64,000 bases of DNA, taken from positions 63,550,001 to 63,614,000 of the forward strand of contig OZ024746.1 of assembly GCA_964016885.1 (NCBI GenBank), given 5' to 3'. This DNA comes from Eledone cirrhosa. Lineage: Eukaryota. How positions within the stretch are numbered: position 1 is the first letter of the stretch; each line of letters starts with the position of its first letter. Position numbers and translations under genes: made by a program. Below the pieces are notes generated by a model. The model was not told the origin of the DNA and searched no databases. It saw only the letters and a list, made by a program, of their open reading frames with translations. Below are positions 51,442 through 64,000 of this stretch, one piece after another.

Positions 51442-52139
51442 CTGTTAATCAGATTAAAAAAAAGAAAGAAAAAATTAAAAGGAAAAGTATTTTTATTTTC
51501 TGTAAGAAGCATCTACCTCATTAAATGGTCGTTTGAAAATAAAGCAGAGACCATTATCCTCATTTAATACATCTAACACTCATATATAAACAGCAACATG
51601 GAATTGATACGAAAGAGCCGAACTCCCACTGTCATTGCCTCCATCTCTCCGTATTATGAACAAATGGAGTCCCACGTGCTGGCTGCCCCATGGCCGCGAC
51701 AGACAGAATGGAGAAGGCGTTTCCCTGGAGGATGGTAAGGGAGATGCACTGGAAGAGCCATTCCATCTCACGACGCTCACACCTGCGCCTATGGTGGTAA
51801 ATAGGGAGGTAGCCCTAGAGCCAAGGACAGCAGAAGTCTCCACTGCCAGGGGTACGACCGCAAACCTGACAGAGAGCGACTGATACTTTTATGTCTGTTT
51901 TTCATGCTGGCCGAGATTGGGTTGGATTGGTTGTAAAAGTCTGAGCCAGTCCTTATTTAGAGGTAATGCCCTCCTAGAGGACCATCTCATGCTCATACAT
52001 TCCAGTTTTTGCCATGGTTTCTACAGCTGATTGCCCTTCCTAACATCAGCCACTTTATAGAGTGCACTGGGTGCAATTTATAGAGTCACTAACACTAGAA
52101 AGGTTACTTTATCCACTGCAAAGCTAAAGAGAACTCTCA

Positions 52140-52590
52140 CTATCTTCAAATCGGTGTTTGGGTCTACCCTTAGCTATGGTCATGAATCTTGAATAATAAC
52201 TGAAAGAATACAATTGCAAACACAAGCAGCTGAAATGGGGTTACATCGAAGGGTCTTTTGAATAGTGTTACTCAATAGAGTATGTATCTCAAAGATCAGA
52301 CAGTTGCTCCAGGTAGAGCCACTACTTCTCTGAAGTAGTGGCTCTACCTGGAGATCACAGCTCCAATATTAAGGACATGTGGTTAGAATGTCTAATGAAA
52401 GAATCACTGGACACAGATCTAGAGGTTGACCACAAGCAAGATGGTTGGATAACATCCATAAGCTCAGTTAGTCTTGCTTGGGGATCCATCCAGATCATTT
52501 AGAGAAGGTTGTTTTCGACAGGATTCTTTGCTTGGTGTCTGAAGACTCTGCCACCAACAACCTTCCAAGGAATGAGCCTGACCTGAAGCT
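52140..52590 (+). mobile_element. Decayed RTE/Expander-like LINE 3' fragment containing a 22-bp-arm fold-back (52307-52353)
   Basis: Remnant peptides YGHES.IITERIQLQTQAAEMG, GHVVRM and RWLDNI. Confidence 0.65.
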
Positions 52591-52894
52591 GGAGCCTCTT
52601 TGATTGCAGTTGATTCCAAGGAATCCTATTTAAAGAAAGAAAAAAAAGCTAACCTAATCCCCTTTCCAGAGTTTATTAACCCATTACATTCTTTAATCAT
52701 TTAGTAGAAAATATCTAAAAACGGATTTGTTAATCAAAATGTTTATAGTATCTTTTCTAATGAACAGATTGTTGCAACAATTTGCAGTATTAGAATAAAA
52801 ACTTTAATTTAATGTGATGTAGTCATCTTGTTTTGTACTTTCTTGCTAATGTGGTATCATGTTATACAGATGAAAGAAATTTACAATGGCTTAC

Positions 52895-53224
52895 TGTAGT
52901 TATCCTGGTTGATGTAAAGGAAGTAACAGGAGTTTGTTCGACACCATCATTAGAAAGCTCTGTGACAACTGACTGGCTGTCAACAACTTCTTCCAATTGA
53001 GTTGTACTAGTACTATCTTCTGTAATTTCTTTTGTAACATCATCACTTGGTGGTAGGGTTTCCAAATTTTCAACAGGAGCCGAGCTTTTTTCTTCTTCAG
53101 GTGGAACTATTATTGGTGTGCTTTCTCGAGATGGTTTCTCTGGAGTACCTGTGTCTTTCTTTTGAGGGAGCTTTGTTCTAGTACGAGATCGAGATCGGGA
53201 ACGTGATTTGGAACGACGTCTCTG
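52895..53224 (-). CDS. Chromodomain-RS-TM protein, exon encoding the RS stretch and Ser/Thr/Glu-rich linker
   Basis: TAG/CAG tandem acceptor and ACA|GTAAGC donor; 330 nt, phase 0/0; QRRRSKSRSRSRSRTRTKLPQKKDTGTPEKPSRESTP... Confidence 0.85.
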
Positions 53225-53322
53225 CTAATAAGGGAAGTAGGGAAAATTAAACATAATTTAAATTTAATTTAACATTTAAATACTTCAACTACTATAAAAG
53301 GACTTGAAAGCATCAGTATTAA

Positions 53323-53560
53323 CCCTCTTTTGACCATATTCCTAGTGGAATACACTACCTATGTTTCAATTAATTTTGAAAATATAGTAGTACAAAAACT
53401 AACTTTATTAGTAAACTCATGTTTAGAATATAATTTAATCAAAGGTTCTTATATAAAATTATGATGGCAGATGTTAATCTAAATATGATGTGAACACTTT
53501 AAAATAGACAGTTCATACCCGAATCAGAAATGGTCTTTGGCAAGTTGATGTCAAATAGGG
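53323..53560. mobile_element. piggyBac-type MITE, family 2
   Basis: TTAA|CCCTCTTTTGAC...GTCAAATAGGG|TTAA. Confidence 0.75.
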
Positions 53561-53596
53561 TTAAACAAGAAAATAGGTTTTAGATGCAGTTAGTTT

Positions 53597-53812
53597 AAAT
53601 CTTTAGCATTTACATTATTCTATATATACTATTGCATTTTTGTGGTAATGGCTTTATCTTACATAATTATTTCACATAATATCGAATCTATGAGATTTTG
53701 ATTTATTTTGAGAACAATACCTTAACATTAGAATGAGCAGCCAGTTATGGCCAGTGTTTGAACAGAGAGAGGTGAGAGAATTCTGGCCGGATATGGCCGG
53801 TTTAAATGCTTA
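53597..53812 (+). mobile_element. piggyBac-type MITE, family 1, damaged termini
   Basis: Internal sequence homologous to the 5871 and 50767 copies. Confidence 0.75.
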
Positions 53813-53899
53813 GCAACGGCTAAGAAATTATATTTATACTCCACACTGAAACAAAGTGTTAGAATATAAAGAGAAAAGTTGTTCTTTTCAAGAAGTTAC

Positions 53900-53976
53900 A
53901 GGTGCACCTACATAAATTTATGTTATGTTAGATATGACCAGTGCCAATACTGGCCGAAACCTATCAAAGTTATCAA
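53900..53976 (+). mobile_element. CR1 3'-terminal fragment
   Basis: GCCAATACTGGCCGAAACC.ATCAAAGTTATC resembles the 3' end of the CR1 at 26540-26610. Confidence 0.55.
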
Positions 53977-54809
53977 TTCTTTTAACTAAACATAAGGACT
54001 TTAGGGAGTTGATCCCAGGGTTACTTATTCCAGTAAGCATCACCGGATCCCTACTACTGAATTTAATAAAAATAAGATATAGTAGAATTTTTCATACAAT
54101 TTCATTTTCTGAGAATTATCTCTCACTACATTTGAAGTAATAACTGAGGCATGATAAGCTTCTAGAAACGAGTATCAAAATAACTTGCATTTATTGTAGT
54201 TCGTGTATTACAAATATGGTAACCAAATGTTCCTCGTGGCATGACAAGGTATAATCCTGAATTATAAGATATGGTTGAAAAAAGGTTAGCATGCTTGCGC
54301 TCGATGTGACCAATTTGAGAGGTGCCGCCAAAAGAGTAAGTGAGCAAGAGAGGTCGAGTGACATCAGAACACTCCCTTATATACTGGCCACGGGGAAGTA
54401 ACTCCAATTAGTTTTTTCTCCCCGAGCAAGGTGGCGCTAGTCGTTACAGACAAATTATAAAGAAAATGAAATAAAATTCAGTATATTAGTCATTCTATTA
54501 AACCCAGGGAAAATAAAAGACTTAGCTAACCATGGTAAGATCTGAAGTCACAAACTAAAAGAACAAAACTACACATTGTATATAAAGCATTCTAAATCTA
54601 GTCTCTTCTGTTTTTTTCCAACTATATGATTCATAATATTGGGTGGGCTTTCTTAAATAAAAGTAGTTTCATTAAGTTTAAATCTCGCCGAGGTCAATTT
54701 TACCTTTCATCCTTCTGGAGTCTAAAGTACCAGTAAAGAACTGAGGGAGATATAATTGACCCCCACCCCCCACCTTGTGCCTAAATTAGAAACTATTATT
54801 AAGACTTAC

Positions 54810-54968
54810 TCGAGTAGTTTTACTTTTCTTGTATTCTTCCAGAAGTGGTATTGCACTTGTGAGGTTTGATGCTGGTTCCCAAGAATCTTCTTCAGCGCCA
54901 AAATTCTTCCATCGTATGAGGTATTCTATTTGTCCTCTCTTCTTCCTGTCTTTGAGCACAGCTCCAAT
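54810..54968 (-). CDS. Chromodomain exon (IGAVLKDRKKRGQIEYLIRWKNFGAEEDSWEPASNLTSAIPLLEEYKKSKTTR)
   Basis: Canonical chromodomain pattern EYLIRWKNF..DSWEP..NL; atttacAG acceptor and CGA|GTAAGT donor; 159 nt, phase 0/0. The upstream exon was not found in the window. Confidence 0.9.
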
Positions 54969-55632
54969 CTGTAAATATAACAAAAAAAAATTTTTTTTTT
55001 TTAAATTTTAATATCATGTTTATTTAAAAAAACAGATTTAAACTTAACACCCTGAACCACATAAAACCAAATTAGAGAGACGTGCTCTAAAAATACAAAA
55101 TAGCACCAAGTTGCATCACATTAAAAATTAATCTTTAATAACTGCACATTTTCACTAGTAAAGATACTATAAACATTTGGTACAAAGCAGCACTGACACA
55201 GTTTCACAATATGTCCATTAGTAAAGATAATATAAACATTTGAATTAACAAACCTGTTTCTAGATATTTTCTGCTAAACCATTACAGGATGTTAAGAGTT
55301 ACAGTAACATTTCTGGAAAACATTTAAAAAAATTGTATTGTAAACAACTTGTAAAAACCATAGTTGTCTCTGGATTATATTCTTGTCACTCACTTATGCT
55401 CTGCTAGCATTAAGTTTGCAGACAGGCACTATGACTATAGTACAGTAGATGAACCTCTCTATGGTCACTTGGCCTGCTAGAAACAACAGCCAAATAATCC
55501 TAAACCATACCATTTTAACTCATCACACTATAACGATTTAGCAGAAAAATACCTAAAAACAAGTTTGTTAATTCAAATGTCTATAGTATCTTTACTAGTG
55601 GACAGATTGTTGTGAAATGTTACAATAAATTA

Positions 55633-55818
55633 AAATAATTGTTTCTACTTTTGGCACAAGGCCAGCAATTATCCCAGTGTATTACAAGTACTTTAGTTAA
55701 TCGACCCTGTAAGGATGAAAGGCAAAATTAACCTCGGCAGGATTTGAACTCAGAATGGCAAGGGCCGTAACTCTTTGCTTGGCGTCCGACCCTCTACCGA
55801 TACTGCCAATTCACTGAC
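55633..55818 (-). mobile_element. tRNA-SINE monomer
   Basis: Homolog of the pentamer unit. Confidence 0.85.
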
Positions 55819-56539
55819 TCATTTTTAATGTGATGCAGTCATAGTGATAGTTTGTACTTTATCAAGAAAATTCTGCTAATGTGTTTTGTTAATTTAGATG
55901 TTTATAGTTAATTTACTAAAGGAAAAATCATTTCCAAGACACTTCATCCAGTTATGGTTGGTGGTAAGACTGAAAAATAAGATACGCTTCCTGAAATCAA
56001 ATACTATTCTATTAACCTTCCTTCTTACTAGACTAATACAGAGAACATCTTATCAATCTAAATATTAATCTGGTTGTTATACTAGCTAGTATGTTATCAA
56101 TGATGTAATGTAGCTTTTTATAAATTATGATCGGTTATTTCTCTACTGAAACACCTGCTTAATCTAACATGTCTTTACATTAGTTTACAACTACTGAGCA
56201 CTATATATCTGCTATCATCTCTAACTATTCCAACAAGCATTGCTTTTCTGGACCTATTGACTATATATGCAATCTACCTGTTAACCTATTACATAACATG
56301 CACAGTTTTTTCTTCTCATATATCCTACATGCCTTGCCCTCCTCTCCCAACAGATCCTGTATTTATAAATATAATGTCCACTGAGTTGAAATACAAACTA
56401 CTATACTACAGTCAGTAACATAATAACTGACATTTAATACTAAACTTCCGTCACTGAAATGTCAAATACAGAATATAACAGAAAGATAACTTATTAAAAC
56501 AAGTAACAATAACCAGCTAACACTATTATTATTATTATA

Positions 56540-56763
56540 AGGGTGATGGATTGGCAGTATTGATAGAGCTTCGGACACCCTGCTTCGCTGCAGAGTTATG
56601 GCCCTTCACGTTCTGAGTTCAAATCCCACTGAGGTTAACTTTGCCTTTCATCCTTACGGGGTCGATAAAATAAAGTACCAGTAAGTACTGGGGTTAATTT
56701 AATCGACTTTCCCCTCCCCCAAAATTATTGGCCTTGTGCCGATAGTAGAAATCATTATTATTA
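56540..56763 (+). mobile_element. tRNA-SINE monomer
   Basis: tRNA-like head, conserved core, (TTA)n tail. Confidence 0.85.
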
Positions 56764-57285
56764 ATGATAGAAAAACTAATTTTTTCTTATTTTCTGTTGC
56801 AAAATCACGTAATTCAAGCCTGAAAGAAGATGGTGAATAGTATAGAGTTAAATAAACCCTGAAAGAGTTAATCATTGTTGGGAATGACCACAAGCTCATT
56901 CTTCTAACTACATAACAGACATAGGCCCTATAAACTATAGTGAAGGTAATACATATAAGAGAACAGTCACTTTAAAACTCTCACAGTCACAATAAAAACT
57001 GATACAGAGTAGAAAAGGCTCTAAAGTCCTGTGGTGGTGGTAGGGTCAAGTAAAGTAATGTGGTGGTGATGGTAGGGTCAAATAAAGTAAAATAATATAC
57101 ACTATTTATATAGCTGGGAAACTATAGTTGAGAAACTAAAGCTGGGAAACTATAGTTGAGAAAAACATTCACAACTGTAATGTTTTGTAGTCTATGATAA
57201 TGATTTATTGTTAACAGAACAACAAACATCTGAGACAGGGAAGTCAACCACAGGATGTAGTTTCAATTAACATTATAATACAATA

Positions 57286-57476
57286 GGGCGGTGGATTGGC
57301 AGTATCGGTAGAGGGTCAGACACCATGCTTTCCAGCATAGTTACGTCCCTTTACGATCTGAGTTCAAATCCCGCCGAGGTTGACTTTGCCTTTCATCCTT
57401 ACGGGGTCGATAAAATAAAGTACCAGTAATGCACTGGATAATTGATGGCCTTGTGCCAAAAGTAGAAACAATTATA
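57286..57476 (+). mobile_element. Young tRNA-SINE monomer with a probable TSD (attataatacaatagg)
   Basis: Closest monomer to the 11801 pentamer; the flanking ~15-nt sequence recurs at both ends. Confidence 0.9.
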
Positions 57477-58351
57477 ATACAATAGGGGATTATTGTTATT
57501 ATTATATTTTATTTTTTGGTAAATAGAAGGGGCTACTTTTATACTCTATCCAGTTACAAAACTTCAAAATTAACTGTCAATAGTTTAAAAAATTGGACAT
57601 TTTTCAGATAATCAGGCTTTTTAACTCTTTTGATACCAAACTGCCCTAAACCACCCTGGAGTTAGAGTACAAAATTGCTCATTTTAAAATGTTTATTCTG
57701 ATATTAAAATCATTCAAGGTAATTTTATTTTTAAAAAAGTTTTAAGTAATGTCCTAAATATGAGCTTACTAACAAAAAACTTTTATTATATTTTCTTATA
57801 GTCCTCCAAGTTATTGTCTAACTTCAGGTCACCCTTGATTGAGCAAATTTATTAAATGCTCTCCAAGTGTGACCATCCTGTCTTTTTAGGTGCAAGAAGG
57901 ACTACATTATATAATATACTTTTCTTTTATTTAACATGGTAGATATGATAAAGAAACGCTTGGCTACTATTTCTAGCAAGGCTGCATATAGACTCCCTAA
58001 TAACCTTTTGTCAACAAACATTTCCAGAGTTAATTAAGTCATGCATGTAACAGAATTTACTCATTACAACTGATGACCTTCTTGAGAAGCTGAGGTTTTG
58101 TTTCAATTAAGTTGAAGACAGAGGTTACTACTAACTACTTCTGTATATCATATTTGAAAGTGTGGTTCCCAGTAAATCTGCAGCAGATCCTACAGAATCT
58201 TCCATGTACCCATTGCTTGTACTATCTAAACTATATATGACATTATGGTAAAACTATTTTAAAGCTATTTTATCTCCTACTATAATGGAGGTAATGTTAT
58301 TTCCAGAAAACTACTACTATTGTCGTTAGTGTTACTATTAATATGAAACAA

Positions 58352-58565
58352 GGGCAGTGAATTGGCAGAACCGTTAGGGCGCCACAGAAAATGATTTGTG
58401 TCATTGGTTTTGGCTCTTTACGTTCTGAGGTCAAACCCTGCTGAGGTCAACTTTGCCTTTCATCCGTTCAGGGTCGATAAAATAAAGTACTAGTTAAGTA
58501 CTAGGGTCGATATAGCCCAGCTTTCCCCCTCTCCCAATTTGTTGGCCTTGTACGAATGTTAGAAA
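58352..58565 (+). mobile_element. tRNA-SINE monomer
   Basis: Same core. Confidence 0.8.
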
Positions 58566-59219
58566 AAACTTATACATCATGTCAAAATGGGTAATGCTTA
58601 ATACCACCCTTTCATATTTATAATTATATATAACTCATATATAAGTATAAATAATATTATTAGCATATAAACATGTCATACATTCAATGTATTCCCATCC
58701 ATCAGGGAGATTTGGCTACTAGTTTTAGTAGATTTGAGTGGCCTTGTAGAGGCTCCCTCAGCTCATTACAGTGAACAGTAATGTTTAATGTTTACAACCA
58801 GGTCAGCCATATCAAACTTTAAAAGCTTTCCAGCTGTGATTACACCATAGTTTTTCAACAGCTGATAAAATATCTCAAAACTTCTATTACTACCAAAAAT
58901 ATGTATTTCAAATTAGGCATGAAGCCAGCAATTTTGGGGGAAGGGTAAAGTTGATTAGATCCACCATAGTACTTAACTGTTACTTTATTTAATCAACCCC
59001 CAGGAAGATAAAAGCCTATTTGGTGATAAAAGTAACATATTTTGAATACTCCGATTTTAATAAAGCAAGTTTTTGAATCTTTGTTTAATAAAAATTATAG
59101 TATTTATATAAAAATCTTATTTTAGTATCTGGTGGCTTGTGTCATCATATTGCAATGCCTAGTAGACTGACAAAAAGTAAACGGAAAACAAAACAAACAA
59201 TACAGTACAATGAAAAAAA

Positions 59220-59257
<38 letters not shown>

Positions 59258-59631
59258 TACAGTTCAGGATATTTAAAAAGGACAGCAATTTTATTAGAAT
59301 ATTCTGAAGGTAAAAAACACATAGAAAGAAACATTGCTGGATAGTGAATTTCAAAGCTCCTTTATCAAAACTTTATTTGTATTAACAGGGCTGGGAAGCA
59401 TATTTTTAGTGTAGTGTAATTGTCTGTTTCAAATCAACAAGATTATTCTTGTAACAAAGGATCTTTGTAAGTGTACAGAAGAAAATAACTTATGAAGAGG
59501 TGTGGAAAGGTAGATACTTCAAATAATGGAATTTAAAGCATGTAATAAACATTACTTGATAGAAGAAGAAAAATATCATCTATGAAATAATTACATTTAA
59601 TAACAAATAGATGGCAGTTTAACTATATATA

Positions 59632-59729
59632 CAGGGTGTCCCAAAAATGTATACACACTTTGATTACTTGTACAGGCAATATATATTAGAATGCTTTTGA
59701 AGCGTGCATACATTTTTGGGGACACCCTG
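59632..59729. mobile_element. Tc1/mariner MITE (98 bp)
   Basis: TA|CAGGGTGTCCCAAAAATGTAT...ATACATTTTTGGGGACACCCTG|TA. Confidence 0.88.
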
Positions 59730-62337
59730 TATATATGTGTGCGTGTATGTGTATAAAAACAAATTTTCAAACTACACCACCTTTGTTATTCCATACTCTA
59801 TATTTATGGACAACAACAAAATATAAAGACAATATAAATACCAAATACCCCAATAAAATATAGACTATAGGAGAGGAGAGAGAGAGAAAAGTGGAAAATA
59901 CAAATTTGTTTTACATTGGTCTATTTTGTTTTGACCCTGATAAAGAATGTTAAGGTGTATGAGTGCGTGTGGTGATATTCCATTACAGATATGTATTTTG
60001 ACAAAGGGTGAAATCTGTACAGAGTCTATGGCTGTACAGGACTGAAATATTTGTCCCTTAAAGAGGAAATCCATCATTTGTAATCCAGTTTTAACAAAAA
60101 ACATGGTCAACACAAAACGTTCATTATAACAGGTTGAATGCAAAGCATTTCTAGGTATGGTAATCTTAGTTGTTTACTTTTAATGTTGTAGCTTTACAAT
60201 GCATAATGTGCTCTGTTTTTATAGAGTACTACAGCTAAACTTCATTGTAACACTTTTTTTTAATGCAGGAGACTCAGGGGTAAACCACAAACAAGATGGT
60301 TAGTTAACATCCATGAGTTTGATTATCTGATCTTGCTTGAGGATCCAGCAAGATCAATTGGAGACGATTGCTTCTGGCAGGATCCACAGTGGGAGAAGAA
60401 GAAGAGTACTACAGAAGGAAGCAAAATAATTCAATTGATGATACTAAGTAGTTTATTCTCATGTTCTCTCCACTGTTTATTGAGATTATTCAGACAGAAC
60501 TGATAATTTCAATGGTTACTGGTAGTTGTTGATAAGGTTTGTGTACAGTCGGAGGTGACAGCAGGTAGGCCATTAATGGAGCACAGTCATACACATTCAA
60601 ATATATTTTAACATCTAGTAATCTTCTTCATCCACATATTCTTGAGAGGGTTGTGAGGGCAGAGTCCTCAAAAATGCCTGCCAATGGGTCCTGTCAGGAG
60701 CAATCAGCTTCAATTGAACCGGCTGGCTGCCCAAGCAAGACCAGCCAAGCTCATGGATGTTATCCAACCATCTTGCTCAGTCTACCATTGAGTCTCTTGC
60801 CAGTTGGTTTTGCCCATAAAATCTGTCCAGTGATTCTTTCCTGAGACATTCTAACCACATGTCCATAATGTCGTAGCTGTATTGCAAGTCAAAAAATAAA
60901 CACAAAACATGAACCAGGAGTCAACTCCTTCCTTAGAAGGACATTGGATCAAGTGGCCAAAAGTTTCATCATTGTGTTGTGATGACTTGTGGCTCAGTAG
61001 CCAGCTTCCGAGTAATGGTCAAACAAGAATTCAGGACTCACCAGCGTAACTTTTTTCCTAAAAAATTATGGACATATAGTATTATATAGATTACCATTGG
61101 TGCTATTGTCCATGGTCACTGACCCTCAGCAATGAGGATGGGTAGAGGCCAGACTAAATTCTTATAGATAAAATTATATGGAACACCAAATTCCCAAACA
61201 TTTCAATGTATGAGCTAATAAGTAAATCTGTGTTCTCTCAACCTGCTAAAAATAGCTGCAAACCTTCATCAAATCACATTCCACGTGTCTTAAAAATGGG
61301 AAGGATAAATTTGGGAAGTCATAAACTTTACAATCAGAAATAACATTTCTTTAAAACAAATAGTTATTGGTCCAAGTAATATCTAATAAAACGATACATA
61401 TTATCAGTTACAGTCAAGGATTAGGTTGTAGTTAGGGCCAGAGGCTAATTTTATCTAAAGTGAAATATGTATAGCTTCTGTTCTTTCTTTTAAAATTATG
61501 ATACTGCCTTTCCTCAGCGTTAGGGCTATCCCAGGTGGCTTAAATCAGTTTTAGCTGGGATTATTATCTCTCTTGCCTTGTGGGAAGTGACAGATGTGTT
61601 CAGCTCAAACAACAGTAGCCCTAAATATGTAAATAAGCCATGAAATAGATTAATAAATATTGCAATTTTTATGTCAGAATTAATACCAAAATAACAGCCT
61701 TGCATTCTTGAACCAACACTAGAACCTCTGCATGGTTGCTAGAGCTGCTAAAAACAGCAGCCAAATCTCCCTCAAATCACGCCTTACATATCCATAAAAA
61801 GATGGTTGGAGGTTGGAATGTGTTTGATCATAGGTCTGCTTGATAAAGGCTGGCCTGGGACTAAACAACAACAGATATGCCAGAGAAGGTTTTTTTTCTT
61901 CTTTCTTTTCTGCTCATATCTTTTTTTATTACTCCATTTATCCACCACCTCCAACACCATCACAAACCATTATTTGGAGCAATTCTAGGTAAACATATGT
62001 TTTAATACAATAACCATGACATCAGTTAAGTTTATGGTAATCATGCACTCTGAATCCTAGTTATTAAAATGAGTAAAATAATGTTTGTAGATTTAATTGA
62101 ATATGTATAAAAAAAGAACAAAGATATTTTTTTTTTTAGTAACTGTGTTAATGTGTAAATTTTTGTCACCTTTTACATTAAATGGAACTTCTACGTGGTT
62201 GTTGACATGACAGAATAACTAAATAGCCCTTAAATTCATACTGCATTGTCTTAAAAGTGGGAAGGACACATTGGATAATGCTGTCATAGCTAGATACTCA
62301 TAAAAAGACAGGAACGTCTCATATGGAATACCTTTAA

Positions 62338-62520
62338 CCCTTTAATGTTCAAACCGGCCAAAATTCTCTACCTCTTTCTGTTGAAACTGGCCGCTCAAAC
62401 TGATGTTAAGGTAGTTCTCAAAATAAATACTTTCAAAATCTCAGATTCGATATTATGTGAGGTAAAGCCTTTACCATGAAAATATAATAGTATATATAAA
62501 ATAATGTGAATGCTAAAGGG
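62338..62520 (-). mobile_element. piggyBac-type MITE, family 1
   Basis: TTAA|CCCTTTAA...GCTAAAGGG|TTAA; reverse orientation. Confidence 0.85.
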
Positions 62521-62884
62521 TTAAGTATAGGTCTGTTCAATTGGGGATTGACTTGAAGATAAAAAAACAACACATTTATTTTTACTTAGGTTTAGACACC
62601 ATTGTAGTAAAACAATCTTTTACAAAATTTCTAGTTAATTCTATCCACCAATCTGAGGTGCAGCTTGCTCCAGCTCCTCCTCAACATTTCTACATCTGAT
62701 TTTCAATGCTTGCATGGATGGGACAGCTGGGTTCTCTTTGGGACAGCATCTCTCCACTCAGCATTCCTTCATCATCATGTCAGTTTCAGTGATTTTGAAG
62801 CCATTTCTCACCACTTCCACACAGAAAACCTTCCCTTGGCAACAATACCAGTAGGTATGAGTTTTTTGTTGAGCTTTATTTTTT

Positions 62885-63390
62885 CAAGAAGTGATCTAAT
62901 TAGCAGTGGAGTGGGTGCTTTGAAAGCATAGTAGCTAGAATAAGAACAGTTATAGAAGAGGTTTAGAGAGCTACTACTCCTGTTGGAAACAAAACGTTTC
63001 TCCATATGAACAGAAGGTCGACTGTATGATACTTGTGTGTGATGCTACGTAATAGTGAAACATGGGCAGTGAACAAAGAGAGCATACTTTGATTGATGTG
63101 CAATGTTAATGACAAAACATGGATGAAAGAGGAATCAGATGTAGTCTGCAGGAGAGAAGACACATGTGATGTGTATGAATGATAATTACTGGATGGAGAA
63201 GTACCAAGAAATCCCAGTGGAAGGAAGCTGCAGTAGATGAAGACTAAAGAGACCTGGGCAGAAATGGTGAGAGCTGATTTCATATTGCTGAAGCTCATGG
63301 AAGAGATGGCAAAGAATTGCAATGAGGGAAAAGATGCTGTACTGAAAAAGATCCATCTAAGCATACAGGTGTGGAAAAGTGGATGTAAAA
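62885..63390 (+). mobile_element. Old, decayed RTE LINE 3' fragment (family B-like)
   Basis: Nucleotide similarity to about 22795-23378 (AGAGAGCTACT..CTGTTG, AGTGAAACATGGGCA, ACCTGGGCAGAAATGGTGAGA). Confidence 0.7.
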
Positions 63391-64000
63391 TAATTGTTTC
63401 TACTTTTGGCACAAGGCCAGCAATTACCCAGTGCATTACTGGTACTTTATTTCATCGACCCCGTGAGGATGAAAGGCAAAGTTTAAAATAATGATGATGA
63501 ATCTGAAATGCACTTACTATCTCATACATACAAAGCCAACCCCTTTCTTTAAATATAGATTAACACTACAAATACTTAGTTACCTTCAATTATTTGTCTC
63601 AAGTTTCCACTGTAAGTTAACTCATCTCCAGTCCTGTTCCAGTACAATATTACATTATACACCCCATCTATCCTTTATATGGGAACAACGAAAACTATCT
63701 TCAGCAAAAAAAAGCAGCTACAATTCTCAACTCCTTTCATCTCCTTACCCAACATTCAGAACTTTCAACACTAATTAGGTCACATGTTTTTGATTTTATG
63801 TAGCAACAGCTAAATAAATATGAAACACAGGTCACTTGAAAGAATGGTAACCTTGATTTACTTAAATTAGACAGCAGGACTTGAAACTAAGAATGTATAT
63901 TGTCTATATTTTATTTAAAAGGTTCGTTTAACATTAATGAAATATATATAGAGAGAGGAAAAAATATAGAATGTTCACACACACACAATTATATAAGTTA

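Noticed and set aside
51580-51883. GC-rich intronic ORFs in the chromodomain gene
   Set aside because: No recognisable domain or compatible splice sites; probably a TE UTR fragment.
55000-64000. Upstream exon of the chromodomain gene
   Set aside because: Candidate donors (for example near 61040 and 63583) lack a convincing phase-0 open frame ending in the expected Y/F-E motif; the exon probably lies beyond the window.

Overview
AT-rich eukaryotic genomic DNA, most likely from an octopus/coleoid cephalopod (inferred from the tRNA-derived SINE families and the very large TA/TACA microsatellites). Two host genes run on the minus strand and both are incomplete in this window. Left (about 1-10 kb): the first four coding exons of a TRPA1-like ankyrin-repeat channel gene, which splice cleanly in frame. 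Right (about 49.8-55 kb): the 3' exons of a gene encoding a chromodomain, an LBR-like RS stretch, an acidic disordered linker and one C-terminal transmembrane helix. This architecture suggests a membrane-anchored heterochromatin tether. Between the genes (16.7-47.3 kb) lies a ~30 kb nest with essentially no unique DNA. About 15 retroelement insertions (Penelope, three PHD-finger RTE-type families, CR1, R4/Dong, and a non-autonomous RTE derivative) sit there, each bounded directly by (TA)n/(TACA)n microsatellite. The introns and flanks hold tRNA-SINEs (including a head-to-tail pentamer), piggyBac, hAT and mariner MITEs, a non-autonomous Helitron, two minimal hammerhead-ribozyme motifs, fold-back palindromes and TE-derived minisatellites. 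Most long ORFs in the supplied track are translated microsatellite and are not genes.
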